Program-made: the position numbers and the translations under genes | The notes under the pieces: model-generated | What the model was told of the DNA's origin: nothing | Databases searched by the model: none | The model's input: only the letters and a program-made list of their open reading frames with translations | Source: Hypanus sabinus | Taxonomy: Eukaryota | DNA length: 64,000 nt | Direction: 5' to 3' | NCBI RefSeq assembly: GCF_030144855.1 | Contig: NC_082727.1 | Coordinates: forward strand, 57,660,001-57,724,000 | Shown: positions 13,957-26,865 of the stretch, piece after piece | Numbering within the stretch: position 1 is the first letter of the stretch | Layout: every line of letters starts with the position of its first letter

Positions 13957-14392
13957 TCATATGTTGAAAGATTGGAGTGACTGGGCTTGTATGCACTGGA
14001 ATTTAGAAGGATAAGAGGGGATCTGATTGAAACATATAAGATTATTAAGAGATTGGACACACTGGAGGCAGGAAGCATGTTCCCGCTGATGGGTGAGTCC
14101 AGAACTAGAGGCCACAGTTTAAGAATAAGGGGTAGGCCATTTAGAACAGAGATGCGGAAAAACTTTTTCACCCAGAATGTGGTGGATATGTGGAATGCTC
14201 TGCCGCAGAAGGCAGTGGAGGCCAAGTCTCTGGATGCATTCAAGACAGAGCTCTTATAGATAGCGGGGTCAAGGGATATGGGGAGAGGGCAGTAACGGGG
14301 TACTTATTGTGTATGATCAGCCATGATCACAGTGAATGGCGGTGCTAGCTAGAAGGGCTGAATGGCCTACTCCTGCACTGACTGTCTATTGT
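13957..14392 (+). mobile_element. CR1 (HER1-like) LINE 3' end
   Basis: ORF 13987-14259 LEFRRIRGDLIETYKII...TRGHSLRI...RKNFFTQNVVDMWNALP is the CR1 ORF2 C-terminus; 3' UTR GAATGGCCTACTCCTGC. Confidence 0.92.
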
Positions 14393-15319
14393 CTTTTAAA
14401 CATTTTAACTTTTATATCCTCTTTCACAATCACCACACAACCTCAGTATGCCACTTGCAAACCAAGTTAACACATTTATTCTGCTTTCAAAACCTGTTAT
14501 AAACCTATTACTTCAGGGCTGCCATTCCCATTAGTCACTTTAATGAAACTATTACCCCTTTACAGGGACTGGTGGTCAGGCTGTAGGTCATAGGCAGAGT
14601 TCTGATGAAATATGTATTACTCACAATGTCATGTGGGTAGTTACTGCTGAGATAAATCATGGGCTGTATCTGAAACAGCTTTCCCATGTCATTCATATGC
14701 CTGCCTTCCATTTACATAGTGCCCTGCATTATTCTGTGAAACTGCATCAGCCATAAAAGGAGCTGTCAAGTCGCACCTCTGACATGCAAAGTAAGCTCAC
14801 ATTATTCCATGAGAGCATTAAACAAAATTTAACACCAAGCAATAGAAAGGATTATTGAAGTAGAAGATTAAAGGATTGGTCCAAGAAGTTGGAGTTAAGG
14901 AGAGTCTTTAAGAAGAAAGATCAGGAGTTTAGATCCTTGGCAGCTGAAGGCACTTATAATTGGAGGCCATTCAGCCCATTGAGCATACCCTAACTCCCAG
15001 CCAGATAATCCATCAGGATGCATTCTCCCTTTCTTTCTCTGTAGCTTGCAACTTATTCTCTCTCATATATGTAAATCAAAGCCTCTTTGGCTTTTTTTTT
15101 AGCCATTTTCCTACACTGAGGTGTAATTTGCAGTGGCCAGGGGAATCGCACACAGTCATGGGGAGAATATACAAATTCCACATCAAGAGCGCTGAAGGGC
15201 AGATGAAACTCAGGTCCCCGAGCCTGTGAGGTAATTATGTGAACTGTTGCATCACCATACCACATAGCTTCCACTGAAGCAGCTCTATCAGAGATGAACA
15301 AGAACAGTGGCAATATCTT

Positions 15320-15357
15320 CAGTCCTGATGAAGGGTCTTGGCTGGAAACATTGACTG
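15320..15357 (+). ncRNA. Minimal type-I hammerhead ribozyme motif (core boxes intact, stems partly decayed)
   Basis: Stem I CAGUC/GACUG flanks CUGAUGA, stem II, GAAA, a minimal stem III and UH. Activity is not shown. Confidence 0.65.
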
Positions 15358-15446
15358 TTTACTCTTTTCTGTAGATGCTGCCTGGCCTGCTGAGTTCCTT
15401 TGTGTGCATTATTTTGATTTCCGGCATCTGCAGATTTTCTCTTGTT
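15320..15446 (+). mobile_element. Short retroposon carrying a hammerhead ribozyme motif (Penelope-associated non-autonomous element)
   Basis: 14-bp TSD AGTGGCAATATCTT (15306-15319 and 15447-15460). Begins CAGTC CTGATGA AGGGTCTTGGCTG GAAA CAT T GACTG, then the family body ...AGATGCTGCCTGGCCTGCTGAGTTCC...GCATCTGCAGATTTTCTCTTGTT. Confidence 0.85.
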
Positions 15447-16414
15447 AGTGGCAATATCTTGTTGGTTGTAGAGCCAGAAAAGAATGTAGTCACAGACAGG
15501 GGTGAGGTATCGGAGAAATTAGAGGGTTTTTTTGTTAGGGATTTTAATTTTAGGCCTTGTTTAAGAGTTAACAGTAGTTAGGAAGCCAAAGGTGATAGGT
15601 GATGGACACTGCTGCAGAATTGCCTCTGACCTGTAAGTTGATTGTAAAACAGGACACGCATATATTGAGGGGAGATAAATGACGGTATAGCAGTTATTCC
15701 CAGCGGGGGTGGTTATGTGTCCTGAGGGGATGTTAGGGGAAATAGAGGTTGTTGGGGTGGGGGAGGTTGCAGTACCCTAACTCGAGGCATGAGACCTGAC
15801 CAAATGTGTAGACCATTTATGTATACAGTGCATACCATTTATGATGGAGAAATTAGCACTGATGAATAAATGCTTACACTTCTAATTTTACATATTACGA
15901 TGTTTCCTTAGCCACACGCTGATTCAATTAAAAAAAACGAGATAACAGCGGCACACCCTGTCTTTATAACATAAGCAGCTTCATAGCTGTGTGTGTGGGT
16001 GTGTGTGTTCATACAGTGAGCCTCAATGGGCAGTAGAGTGACTTAGTTTCTCAACAATATACAAGCTAGCCAGCTTAAAACCTCAAAATATAAGTAGTGT
16101 ACATGTGCACATTCACAAGCAATAGCTCCTTAGAAACATTCGCCATATACTGTGTACAAATGTCTTTATAGAGACATTAACTACAACTTCAAAGTGCAGA
16201 GACAGAAGATTGACAAACTTTCAAACCCCAGTATGTTTCTCGCATGCTTTATTCCAAGTATTTTAACTTACAGTGTCAAGTATGCTGGTTATGATGAACT
16301 AAATTCACAAAACCTTCAGCTTCTTCCCTTCTACCATCTGATTTCTGAATGGACATTAAACCCATGGACACTACAGCACTATTTCTTTTCTCTTTTCTCA
16401 CTACTTATTTAACT

Positions 16415-16800
16415 AGCATTTAATATCGGCAATTTACTTGCAAATGTTTCATCACCATGCGAGGCAACACCAGCATTGCACTGTTAATTGTGATGTGTCC
16501 GCTGCATGCTCGGCCTCTATATACGTTTCAATCAGCTGATCGGTCGTCATTTCAGAAACTCGATTGTGATGTGGGGAGGAAGCCTGTGTGGTGAACTTAA
16601 TGCATTGTGTTCTTGACTTTTGCCGGCATCGGCTTGGAAGTAGGCTCCAGGTCTACGTGTTTATTTACAGAATTGTTCATGGAAACCATGCTTCTAGGAA
16701 TTCTCTTGTATGCTGTGTGTTCATTTTCACCATGACTTTCACTGATACCCAGTCGAATTTGTGCCTCATTGGTCTTCATGCCAGTTGGTCTGTATACTAG
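16415..16800 (-). mobile_element. Penelope-like element 3' remnant (GIY-YIG endonuclease C-terminus plus decayed hammerhead)
   Basis: Minus strand encodes HKFDWVSVKVMVKMNTQHTREFLEAWF / NNSVNKHVDLEP across a frameshift. Downstream lies GCTGGTGTTGCCTCGCATGGTGATGAAACATTTGCAAG. Inserted in a Rex1-type LINE tail. Confidence 0.75.
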
Positions 16801-17275
16801 TTGATATACATTTTATTGTAATTTACAATATTGTTATTATGTACTGCTGCATAACAACAAATTTCACGACGTATGCCAGAGATATTAAACCTGATTCTGA
16901 GCAAGGACAGGCAGCAGCACCTCTGTGATGATTATTCTAAACACTGGAGCTCCACAAGTTTGTGTCCACAGCTGCCTTACTCCATTCCCTGTACACTCAT
17001 GATCATGTGGGTCGATTCTGCTCTTACTAAATCTACTAATTTGCAGATACCATCGAAGTGAGCTGCATCTCAAACAATGATGAGTTGGAGTAGAGAGCTT
17101 AGTGACATGGTGTCACAACAACGCCCTTTCCCTCAACGTCAACAAAGGAGCTGGTTATTGACTTCAGGAAGGGGGCTGTAGGGGGCTGCACAGTCTTCAT
17201 GAACAGTGTTGAGTTTGCAAGGGGTGAGAGTTTCCATTTCCCAGGTTTGACCATCACCATTAACTTGTCATGGGT

Positions 17276-17922
17276 AGATAGGGTTGTGAAGAAAGCTTTT
17301 GATACATCGACCTTCATAAATCAATGCATTGAGTCCAGGGGTGGGATGTTATGTTGAAGTTGTATAAGACATTGAGGCTTAATTTGGAGTATTGTACACA
17401 GTTCTGGTCACCTAACTAAAGGAAAGGTGGACAGAGTACAGCAATTGAGAGAATACAGAGAAAATTTACAAGGATGTTGCTGGAACATGAGTTATAAGGA
17501 AACGTTGATTAGGCTAGAACTTTATTCCCTAGAACATGGAAGATTGAGGGGAGATTTGATTATACAAAATTATGAGGGGCATAGAGAGGGTAAATGCATG
17601 CAGGCTTTTTCCATTGAGGTTGGGTGAGACTACAACGGGAGTTCATGGGTTAGGGTGAAAGGTGAAGTGTTTAAGGGGAACCCAAGAGGAAACTTTTTCA
17701 TTTGGAGGGTGGTGGAGGTGTTGAATGAGCTGACAAGTGGCAGAAGCAATCCCCATTTCAGTGCTTCAGGGATATCTGGGTAGGTACGTGGACAGGAGGG
17801 GTGTGGAGGCCTATGGTCTGGGTGCAGGCTGATGGGATTAGGTAGTTCAAATGGTTTGGCAGGGACTAGATAGGCCAAAGGGCCTGTTTCTGTACTGTAG
17901 TTTTTCTATGGTTCTATGGTGT
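17276..17922 (+). mobile_element. CR1 LINE 3' fragment
   Basis: Degenerate LEYCxQFWSP and RLRGDLI motifs; TTCTATGG tail. Confidence 0.88.
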
Positions 17923-19007
17923 CTGCGAAGAAAGCTGGTTGACTTGTGTAAATATACTTTAACCAAAGTAATGACTATTGGCACCCCCACAGAAAGCTGG
18001 TTGACTTGCAGTTCTTCTGACTTTGTTTCCTGTCACAGTAGCATTTTCCTGCAGAACTGTCTAATTATATCAAACAGATGATCAACATTCCATTTAACTT
18101 GGCAAGAAAAGATGGTGGCAACAGATAAAATGGAGCAAAACTTACAGCTAACAAAACTTGCTGCTGCCTCTGGTATATAAATTCACCCTGCCCTATGTCA
18201 CCTAATAACAAACTCATGCAAAAGGCTGAGAGAATATTTTGTGCTGAGGATTTTCATTTTATGAGTGTAAAAGGAGTATCAAGTTGTGTAGCAAAGCTCA
18301 ACAAAAGTATACTGGAATCTGCTGGCTTCTGCAGTGATCTTGTTGACTGAAACTTCCATCAGCTTCCTGCAAACTGAGACACAATTAAGGAGCTAGCACA
18401 AACCATGCAAAAATAATATTGAGTGATTCAGTTCCAATATCTGTCTTTGACGAAACAGAATCTTTAACCCCATGTTTCCATTGACAGTCTGTAACTCACT
18501 GGGGATTGAAAGCATAATCATTGCTAAATCCTGTACCATTTATCTTTGAGTGACACATTCAACAGAAATATTCATGGGCCACAAAGCAAAGCTATTAATG
18601 CATGCCAGAAGCTGGATCTATCTGACCTTCTAATCCCCCAAACTCTCCCTACCACTGACGTGGAACAAGGCAGGGTGTAATAGAATACCTCTTTTTATTC
18701 TTGTATAGGTCTGACTTGACTATACTTATGAAACATGGACTTAATATTCTCCCCATTCATTAAATTGTACATCTACTTTCTCTATTATCAGAGTATCAAA
18801 GCTACACAGGGTACTATCTATAGGATACACTATAACAATCTAAAATTCACCTACAGCACAACCTCAGACTGCAACTTCTAGCACCTAGGAGGTCAAAGGT
18901 AGCAGACGTTTAGGGATATCATAGACTCCACAGTCCATAAAGTATCATGTCAGATTTATCCTTACCATGGTCATCCTGCACTGGTGTCAAGTCAAAGAAT
19001 GTTGTTT

Positions 19008-19260
19008 ATTTACTGAGAGACGGTGTGGAATAGACCCTTCCAGTCACACCATCCAGTAAGACCCCGATTTAATCACAGGATAATTTATAATGACAAAGGA
19101 ACCTACCAACTGGTACATCTTTGGAGTGTTGGAGGAAACCAGAGCACCTGGAGGAACCCCCACACAGTCACGGTGAGAATGTATAAAATCAATAATGGGA
19201 ATTGAACCTGGGTCACTGGGACTATAAAGCATTGCGCTAACCAGATTACTACTGTGCCAC
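19008..19260 (-). mobile_element. V-SINE (HE1-like)
   Basis: Head GTGGCACAGTAGTAATCTGGTTAGCG...GGTTCAATTCC; V-domain GGTGCTCTGGTTTCCTCC. Confidence 0.78.
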
Positions 19261-21474
19261 CTTCTAATTATCCCTACCATGGCCAGAAGCTTTTAAGAGA
19301 CATTTATTCTGGCACATGAATATGAGGAAGATGGAGGGATATGGACATTGTGTGGGTAGGAGGTTAGTTTTCTTGGGGGGTGGGGGTTGATTTACTTTAT
19401 AGCTGGTTCTGCACATTGTTGGCTAAAGGGTCTGTCCTGTGCTTGTGAAGCCAATGTTCCTTGTGAAACATTATTTTAACTAGGAAGATGTTCTAAACTG
19501 CCGAAGATTCAACATCGGCTTCAAGTCTGGGCATCCTTAAAGATTAGATCAACACCTATACATTACTGATATAATTCCAAGAAATTCATGAAGCAGATCT
19601 TTAAAATGTAAGTGAGCAAAACAGAGTTCTATCTTATTTTGCAAATTGTGGAAACATTCAGGGTAAGTACTTTGCAAGTAAACTTAATTAGGGAAAATAT
19701 GCAGTTAGCCACAAAATTTCTAGGAAATTATGATCTGCAGTATATTTAGAAACCACAATTCCAGTATCTATATACAGAGGATAAGCACATATATTACCGG
19801 TACTTTTAACCGTTTCAATTTAAAATCCTTTTATTTTGTGACTAGGATTTGTAATGTTCTGAGCTGGAATGGGATCTTTATTGCTCCTTTGTACATTCAG
19901 AACCAGGTTTAATATAACTGGCATGTATCGTGAAATTAGTTGTCTTTGTGACAGCAGTGCAATGCAATATAATAAGAGGAAAAAACATGAATTACAGTAA
20001 GTATACAAATAAAACAGTTCAATTAAATAAAAAAGTTGTGAAGTAGCTTTCATAGTGTCCGTGACAGCTTTTGCCTTTGCGCTAGGATTATAATCCACCA
20101 GGCAGAGATGTGAGGCAGTGATTAGTCTCTCCAGCTAGGCCTAGTCTCCCCGACCCCACCTTCCTGCCCAATTTTGGCTCAGTTTCTTGCTCCTTACTTT
20201 CAGTGTACAGTCTTCATTTCATTTCAAATCCAAATTTGATCCTGAGAGTCCAAACTTACTGTTAAAATGGCACACCCAAGCCAATTTGGCATGGTCCCCT
20301 ATGTAAACATGAATTAGGTTCCCTGAATAAACATTCAAATGGTGCACATCTTTGCTCCAACTGTTGGCCTATGCTTCTCTGTTGAGTGAGCTAAAGCAAA
20401 GTTCTGAATTAGCAGTGTTTTGCAAGAATCACATGCAAATAACTTGCCAGATCATAAACATTCTCCACATGAGCTGCTGTTTCAATTCTCTCTTAGGATC
20501 TCCAACAGAGTTTGCTCTAGCAGCTTATCGGAGCGATAAAAAGACTTTTTCCAGTGACGTAAAATAATTTGGGGATTGCTTATCTCACAATTTAAATGAC
20601 ACATTGGACACTTACTTACTGCCTGTTACACTGCTGGCATTTCGGACAGCAATGGTGATCCTCCATCTCTGTCTGTCCAGACAGTCACACACAGATATAG
20701 AAAGGTTCTTCATTGCTGTTTCTATAACAGTTTTGTTTTTACCAGTCAGGGTTGTTAGCCCCAAGCTGAACCCCAAACCAGGAGGGCCAGTGGACTACTC
20801 TTTGACCTGTTTTGCATGGGTGACCCTACCAAGAGCCAAAGCACAAGGCCCTGACTCCAGCCAGTATGGTTCTCCAGGTTATTGAGGCACACAAGCCTCC
20901 AAACCATACGACAACGTTCCCTTGGAGGACATTGGACAGAGTAGGTACTAATTCTGACTTTTACAGCCATCACTCAGGAGCATAAGCTAAGCACTTGCCT
21001 GCTGAGTCACTTTGTGTGAGATCCCAGCATCAGTTGTGCATCAAGGTGATATCAATTATCATGTACGGTTGGTTATGTCAAAGAAGATGGTCTATATTGT
21101 CCTAGGAATGGCCATTGTTGGTCATTTCCAGGAGAACTGTATAGCGCCAGACTAAAACCCAATTAACATAACTTCTTTAATCCAGTCTCACATTACAATT
21201 CTTCAGTGTTGTTCTGCATCATACCACAGTACTAACTGCCCACACCTGATGACTGGTCCATCCTCTGAATCCCTGACTGGCCCATGTCCTGATCCGTGAT
21301 GGTCTCAGTCCACAGGATCCTGATTTGTAGAGCCACCCCTCCTGGCTTCAGTCTCTGGATTATCTCTCTCCCCACCAAAGGCTTATCAATTGACCTTTCA
21401 CCATACTGAGGCCCAATCATACCTCTAATTGTTGCTTTTCTCTCCTTAAACCCTGGTGCCACCTTTAATTGAGA

Positions 21475-22575
21475 AGGCCATAGGATATTGGAGCAGAATT
21501 TGGCCACTAGAGCCATCAAATCTACTCCACCATTTGATCATGGTGGATTTACTTTCTCACTCAACCCCATTTTCCTGCCTTCTCCCTGTATTTTGACACC
21601 CTGACAAGTGAAGAACCAAACAACCTGTTTTAAGTAACCCCATGACTAGGCTGCCACAGCCATCTATGGCAATGAATTACACAGCTTCACCATTCTCTGG
21701 CTTAAGAAATTCCTCATCTCTGTTCTCGAGGGGTGTCCTTGTACTGAGACAGTGCCTTCTGATCCTAGGCTCTTCCACTACTGCAATCATCCTCTCCATA
21801 TCCACTCTATCTGAGGCCCTCTCTTGGTCCGGGGTGGGGGGGGGGGGGGGTCCAAACATGGATGTGTCCCAGCCATTTATATGATTCACAAGCCAGGGCA
21901 GTATGATGTGGAGAGCAAGATGTTGCCCATGCAACAGGTCCCCCCTCTCCACACAGCTGATGAATCCTAAGGAACGGCAGAGACCGAGACAGCTTGACAG
22001 TCGTTGCCAGTCAATGTTGACTTATGGATGCCGGCTCCAGATTTATCCTGAAACCTTTTCCTCGAGTGGGTATAACTACAAGGCAGTGGAGCTTTGAGAT
22101 CAAAGTTTTCCTTCTCCCAGATGAGCTGCTAGCCATAGCTGACAAGCCCCATATGCATGAAACATCTTAGGGAGCTACTAACCGGCCTTTGTCCCTTCTT
22201 CTGTCAGTTGAAGTGGTTTAACCAGGCTTAGTAACTGAGCCACAGGTGAAGGCCTGGCGCTGGATTTGGTTGTCAGAGGCTATTTGAGACTCACACTATT
22301 GGGAGCATTTAATAGATAGTGGGAGCATATCCCCACTACTTACCCTGGCTCTAAACAATTCAGCTAGGCCTTTCACTATTAAGGAGGTTTCAATTAAATC
22401 CTCCAATTATTCTTCTAAATTCCAATGTGGGCAAATCTAGAGTCATCAAATACTCCTATTATGTTAACCCTTTCATTCTGAAATCATTCTCATAAACCCT
22501 CTCTGGACCCTGTCCAATGCCAGCACAACCTTCCTTTGACACAGGGCCCAAAACTGCTCACAATCATCCACATGT
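21475..22575 (-). mobile_element. CR1 LINE 3' fragment (interrupted)
   Basis: Minus-strand DRVDMERM...RIRRHCLS; split by the 21815-22360 insertion. Confidence 0.85.
21815..22360 (-). mobile_element. Probable RTE-derived non-autonomous element inserted in a CR1
   Basis: Interrupts CR1 at TCCACTCTATCT|AGGCCTTTC; contains GTTTTCCTTCTCCCAGATGAGCTG...GACAAGCCCCAT, resembling an RTE 5' UTR on the minus strand. Confidence 0.5.
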
Positions 22576-22717
22576 GGGATGAAGAAACCCTTATTTTAAT
22601 CTTTTCTGAGAATAACAATCCCTGATACATATTTTCCTCTTCAGTGCTGGAAAGTTTTGATGCTGAACAGGTTTAGCATTAGGTTCAAATCATGTTGAAG
22701 TTTGCAGGTTCAAATCC

Positions 22718-24883
22718 TGTCAGGGTGCTGAAGCAGGGACCCAATCGCAGACCAAGTACCTTGCGCACTGTGATATTTACTGAGTAGCAAATCCACAGGG
22801 GCAACAAAATCAGCGTCAAATTTCAGGCAGAGATCAAAACATCCAGAGAAATCCAAAACCCAGAATCAAGAAACAGGCAGAGTCAATATTCAGACAGACA
22901 GAGTTCAGATACGAATGCTGGAAAACTCAGGAAAACTCGCTGGCATAATCTGGCAACAAACAGGTGAAAACACAGGACTGAGATACACTGAGCAATAAAA
23001 CAGAGGCAGATGATAGGTGGAGCACAATCAGACAGAAGTGGCAGCAAAACAGGTAATAATGAGAAACAGGTGAGAGACAGAGTACTCAGTGATACAGGGG
23101 CCAGAGTAGAGCAGGAGCACGTGGCAATACAAAACCACAGCTTGACGGCAAGGGGAAAACACACAAAAAGACAAAGTTCAACTGGTGGTACTGACAGTAA
23201 CCCCACCTTCTCTACGGACGCCTCCTGGAATCACAGCAGGTGGAGCTGGGTGCTGGCGATGAAAGTCCCTGATGAGAGAGGGGTCCAGGATGTTACGGGT
23301 GAGGACTGAGCACCTCTCCTCAGGCCCGTACCCTTCCCAGTCCACAAGATACTGGAGGCCATGGCAACGAACATCCAGCAGTTGACTCACCGTGAAGGCC
23401 TCTGGCCCATCGATGAGCCATTAGGGAGGGGGGTGTTTAAGGGACAGGACACAGGGGGTGGCTCATGAAAGGCGACGTGGGTCACATGGAAGGTGGGATG
23501 GATGGGACAGACAACTGCAGGGCTGATGACTTTAGCAAAGGGAAAGGGGCCAATGAAGCGGGGGAAGGGGGTGAAGAGCTTGCGGGAATACACACTGAGG
23601 GGCAGGTCTTGAGTTGAAAGCCACGCATGTTGTCTCTGGCGGTAACATGGGGCCTAGAAGCAATGGCGTCTGCTTGACACTTGATCCTAGCAGAGACATG
23701 GAGAAGGGCAGAGTGAGTGTGCCTTCACATCCTCTGACAACAGTGTCTCGGCAGATGGAATGCCAACCTCCTCCTCCTGGGCAGGAAGCAGTGGAGGCTG
23801 GTAGCCAAGGCAGCACTCGAAGGGGGGCAGACCGGTGGATGAGGACAGATGAGAGCTTGTGGCGTAATCTGACACAGATCTGCACCCCTGGTGCACGTGC
23901 AGCATTTCCCAGGTTTGGAGCGATCAAACACTTCCCTCACCTCCTCAGAAAACAACTGAAAACTGATGCAGAAAGGTGAGCCTGCCTTTCAGACAGCTGT
24001 TCCCCATTCTCTCACCCAACCGGACAGTTGGGTGATGACGTAGGCCACCTTGGCTCGATCAGTCGGAGAGGTTATTGGTTGTAAATCAAAAATAAGGGTA
24101 CACTGGGAAAGAAAAGAGCGCAGGTACCGGGCTCACCCGAGTACTTTTCTGGAGGAGGCAGACAGGGGAGATAACAGGAAGAGCAAGCGAGAACATGGAG
24201 GACAGGGTGGAAGATGCAGTCGCAGTATGTTGATGAGTGCTCTGTGACAGCTGGAGTGACTGAGTCTGGGCCACAAAATCAGCTACATTGGCAGAAAGTG
24301 ACTCCACTGCCCTGAACACAGAGGCTAGCTGGTTCTGGTGTCTCCAAAGCATCTCAGGACAGCTCTCAGATGATCGGGGTCTGCTGGATCTATCCTGGCC
24401 AGATTGGACTGTCAGTGCGCTGAAGCAGGGACCCAGTCGCAGACCAAGTACCTTGTGCACTGTGATATTTACTGAGTAGCAAATCCACAGGGGCAACAAA
24501 ATCAACGTCAAAATTCAGGCAGAGATCAAAACATCCAGAGAAATCCAAAAACCAGAATTGGGAAACAGGCAGAATCAATTTTCAGACAGAGTTCAGATAC
24601 GAATGCTGAAAAACACTCAGGAAAACTCACTGGCACAATCTGGCAACAAACAGGTGAAAACACAGGACTGAAATACACTGAGCAATAAACAGAAAGGCAG
24701 ATGATAGGTGGAGCACAGTGAGACACGGGTGGCAGCAATACAGGTAATAATGAGAAGCAGATGAGAGACGGAGTATGTGGTAATACAGGGGCCGGAGTCG
24801 AGCAGGAGCACATGGCAATACAAAACCACAGACTGACAGATAGGGGAAAACACACAAAAAGACAGAGTTCCACTGGAGGTACA
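22718..24883 (-). mobile_element. Internally deleted Ty3/Gypsy chromovirus (Tf1/sushi-like) with two LTRs
   Basis: LTRs at 22718-23196 and 24410-24883, roughly 90% similar by eye, TGTCAG...CTGACA termini (right LTR end slightly deleted). PPT AGAGAAGGTGGGG at 23201-23213. Gag remnant (I/M)DPAD...PEKYSGEPGTC...RAKVAYVITQLSG; integrase C-terminus SSTGLPPFECCLGYQPPL; chromodomain [16 protein letters not shown]. No TSD found. Confidence 0.92.
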
Positions 24884-25731
24884 GGCTGGATTGCATGTAT
24901 TCTGTACAATGAATGTAGTGCATATCAATATTGTCACACTCCAGTTTCTTGTTTCTTCATTAACTTTATAAGGCTCACAACACTGCCATCAACCAATCCA
25001 TGGGCCGGTTTTTGATCTATGTCTTCAAACTAAATGAATGCAAACCTTACAAGAGCTTCTTGTTTATCCTTTGGAACACTGGGGTTGCTGTTAAGGCCAA
25101 TTTTTATGTGTACACCCCTAACTGTCTTCAGAACCTGGTACCATGTCTGGGGATTCACTTTTGTGAACTTCAGTTCTGAATGCTATTTGCTTACTTACAC
25201 TGTTTCGACAATTTGTTTCTTTTTTCCCTGTACACTGGGTGTTTGAGGGTCTTCCTTTCTTTAATGGGTTCTATTGGGTTTCTTTGTTTGGTGGCTGCCT
25301 GTAAGGTGACAAATCTCAAGGTTGTATAAGGTATAAACACTTTGACAATAAATGTACTTTGAACTTTGAGATGCCTTCTTAATCACAACAGCGTTTCTGG
25401 TGAGGGGATGCTCACAATGCTGTACTTCTGGATTTACACCCAGAGAAGTGGAAGGAACAATAATATATTTCCACGTCAGGGTGCAGTGTGACTTTGAAGG
25501 CAATCTGGAGGTGACAGTGCTTCTTTCTTCCTGCTGCCCTTGTCCTTCTGGGTAATAAAAGCTATGGATTAAAACCAGGAAAAAAAAATCCAAACTAAAC
25601 ACTAACACTGCACTAACGAGCAGGGAGAAACTACAAAACATCCACACCAGGACCACCATACTCTAAAACAGTTACTTCCCCCAATTAGTAAGGCATATCA
25701 ACACCACCATCCATTAACTCCACCACTACTT

Positions 25732-26080
25732 CTGATTCTGATAATAGGTCTCTATTGAAGACTGAGAGTAGGAAGGGAGCAGGGAGAAGGGAATCATAAT
25801 TGGGAAAAGGGAAGGGAGAGGGGCAGGAGCAGGATGCACCAGAGGTACATTCTGTAATGATTGTTTGGAATCAAATGACCTTGCCTGATAGCTCAGGGCT
25901 GAGTGTGTCTGCACCCACTCCACCCACCATCCCCGGCACCTGTCCCACACCCCTCCCGCGGCACTCCAGCCTCACCATTCTCAGCATCCTTTCCTCCCGC
26001 CAGATTTACAAACTCACTCTCTGCTCCACGTTGACAAATACAGTTCTGTGCAAAAGTCTTAAGCACTCTAGCTATATATA
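25732..26080 (+). mobile_element. Composite Tc1-type MITE, truncated
   Basis: Internal region plus the first TIR of the right hairpin. Confidence 0.75.
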
Positions 26081-26219
26081 CATACACATACACACACTGT
26101 GGCAGATCTATTTGGTAAGTCTGTTAAAAACTACAAGAGTGTTTTATTATTAGTAGTAGTAATAGTAATAGTAAATTGGATTAGACATTAGCTCTGTGGG
26201 ACAAACCAGAAAATGGTAG

Positions 26220-26865
26220 TAGATTGTTGCTGTGTCTCTTGTAGTTTGTCATCTATGTCAACGATCTGGATGATAATGTGTTAAACTGGATTAGTGAACT
26301 TGCAGATGACACCAAGACTGGGGGTGTAGTGGACAGTGAGAAAGGCTATCATGGCTAGAAAAATGGGCTGAAAAAGGCAGATGGAATGTAATAGACTAGA
26401 GTGGGGTGTTACACTTAGGTAGGACCAATCAGGATAGGTCTCACACAGCGAATGGTAGGGCACTGAGGAATGCAGTAGAACAAAGGGATTTGGGAATACA
26501 GGTCCATAATTCATTGAAAGTAGCATCACAAGTTGATAGGGCCATAAAGAAAACCTTTTAGCACATTGGACTACAATTTGAGGTTAAGGGTTAAGGGTGA
26601 AAGGTGAGAAGTTTAAGGGGAACAAGAGGGGAAATTTCTTCACTCAGAGGGTGGTGAGAGTGTGGAGCAAGCTGCCAGCGCAAGTGGTGCATGTGAGCTT
26701 GATTTCAACACTTCAGAGAAGTTTAGATAGGGACGTGGATGGTCAGGGATTGGAGAGCTGTGGTCCAGTGCCAGTCGATGGGAGCAGGCAATTTAAATGG
26801 CTTGGCACAAGCTAGATGGGCCAGAAGGGCGTGCCTCTGTGCTGTACTTCTCTATGACTCTATGA
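26220..26865 (+). mobile_element. CR1 LINE fragment with internal deletion
   Basis: RT motif INDLDD...ADDTK, followed by RGNFFTQRVVRVW and a CTCTATGA tail. Confidence 0.88.

Noticed and set aside
21954-21995. CTGATGA as another hammerhead or C/D snoRNA box
   Set aside because: No properly placed GAAA or closing stems; it lies inside an RTE-like repeat.
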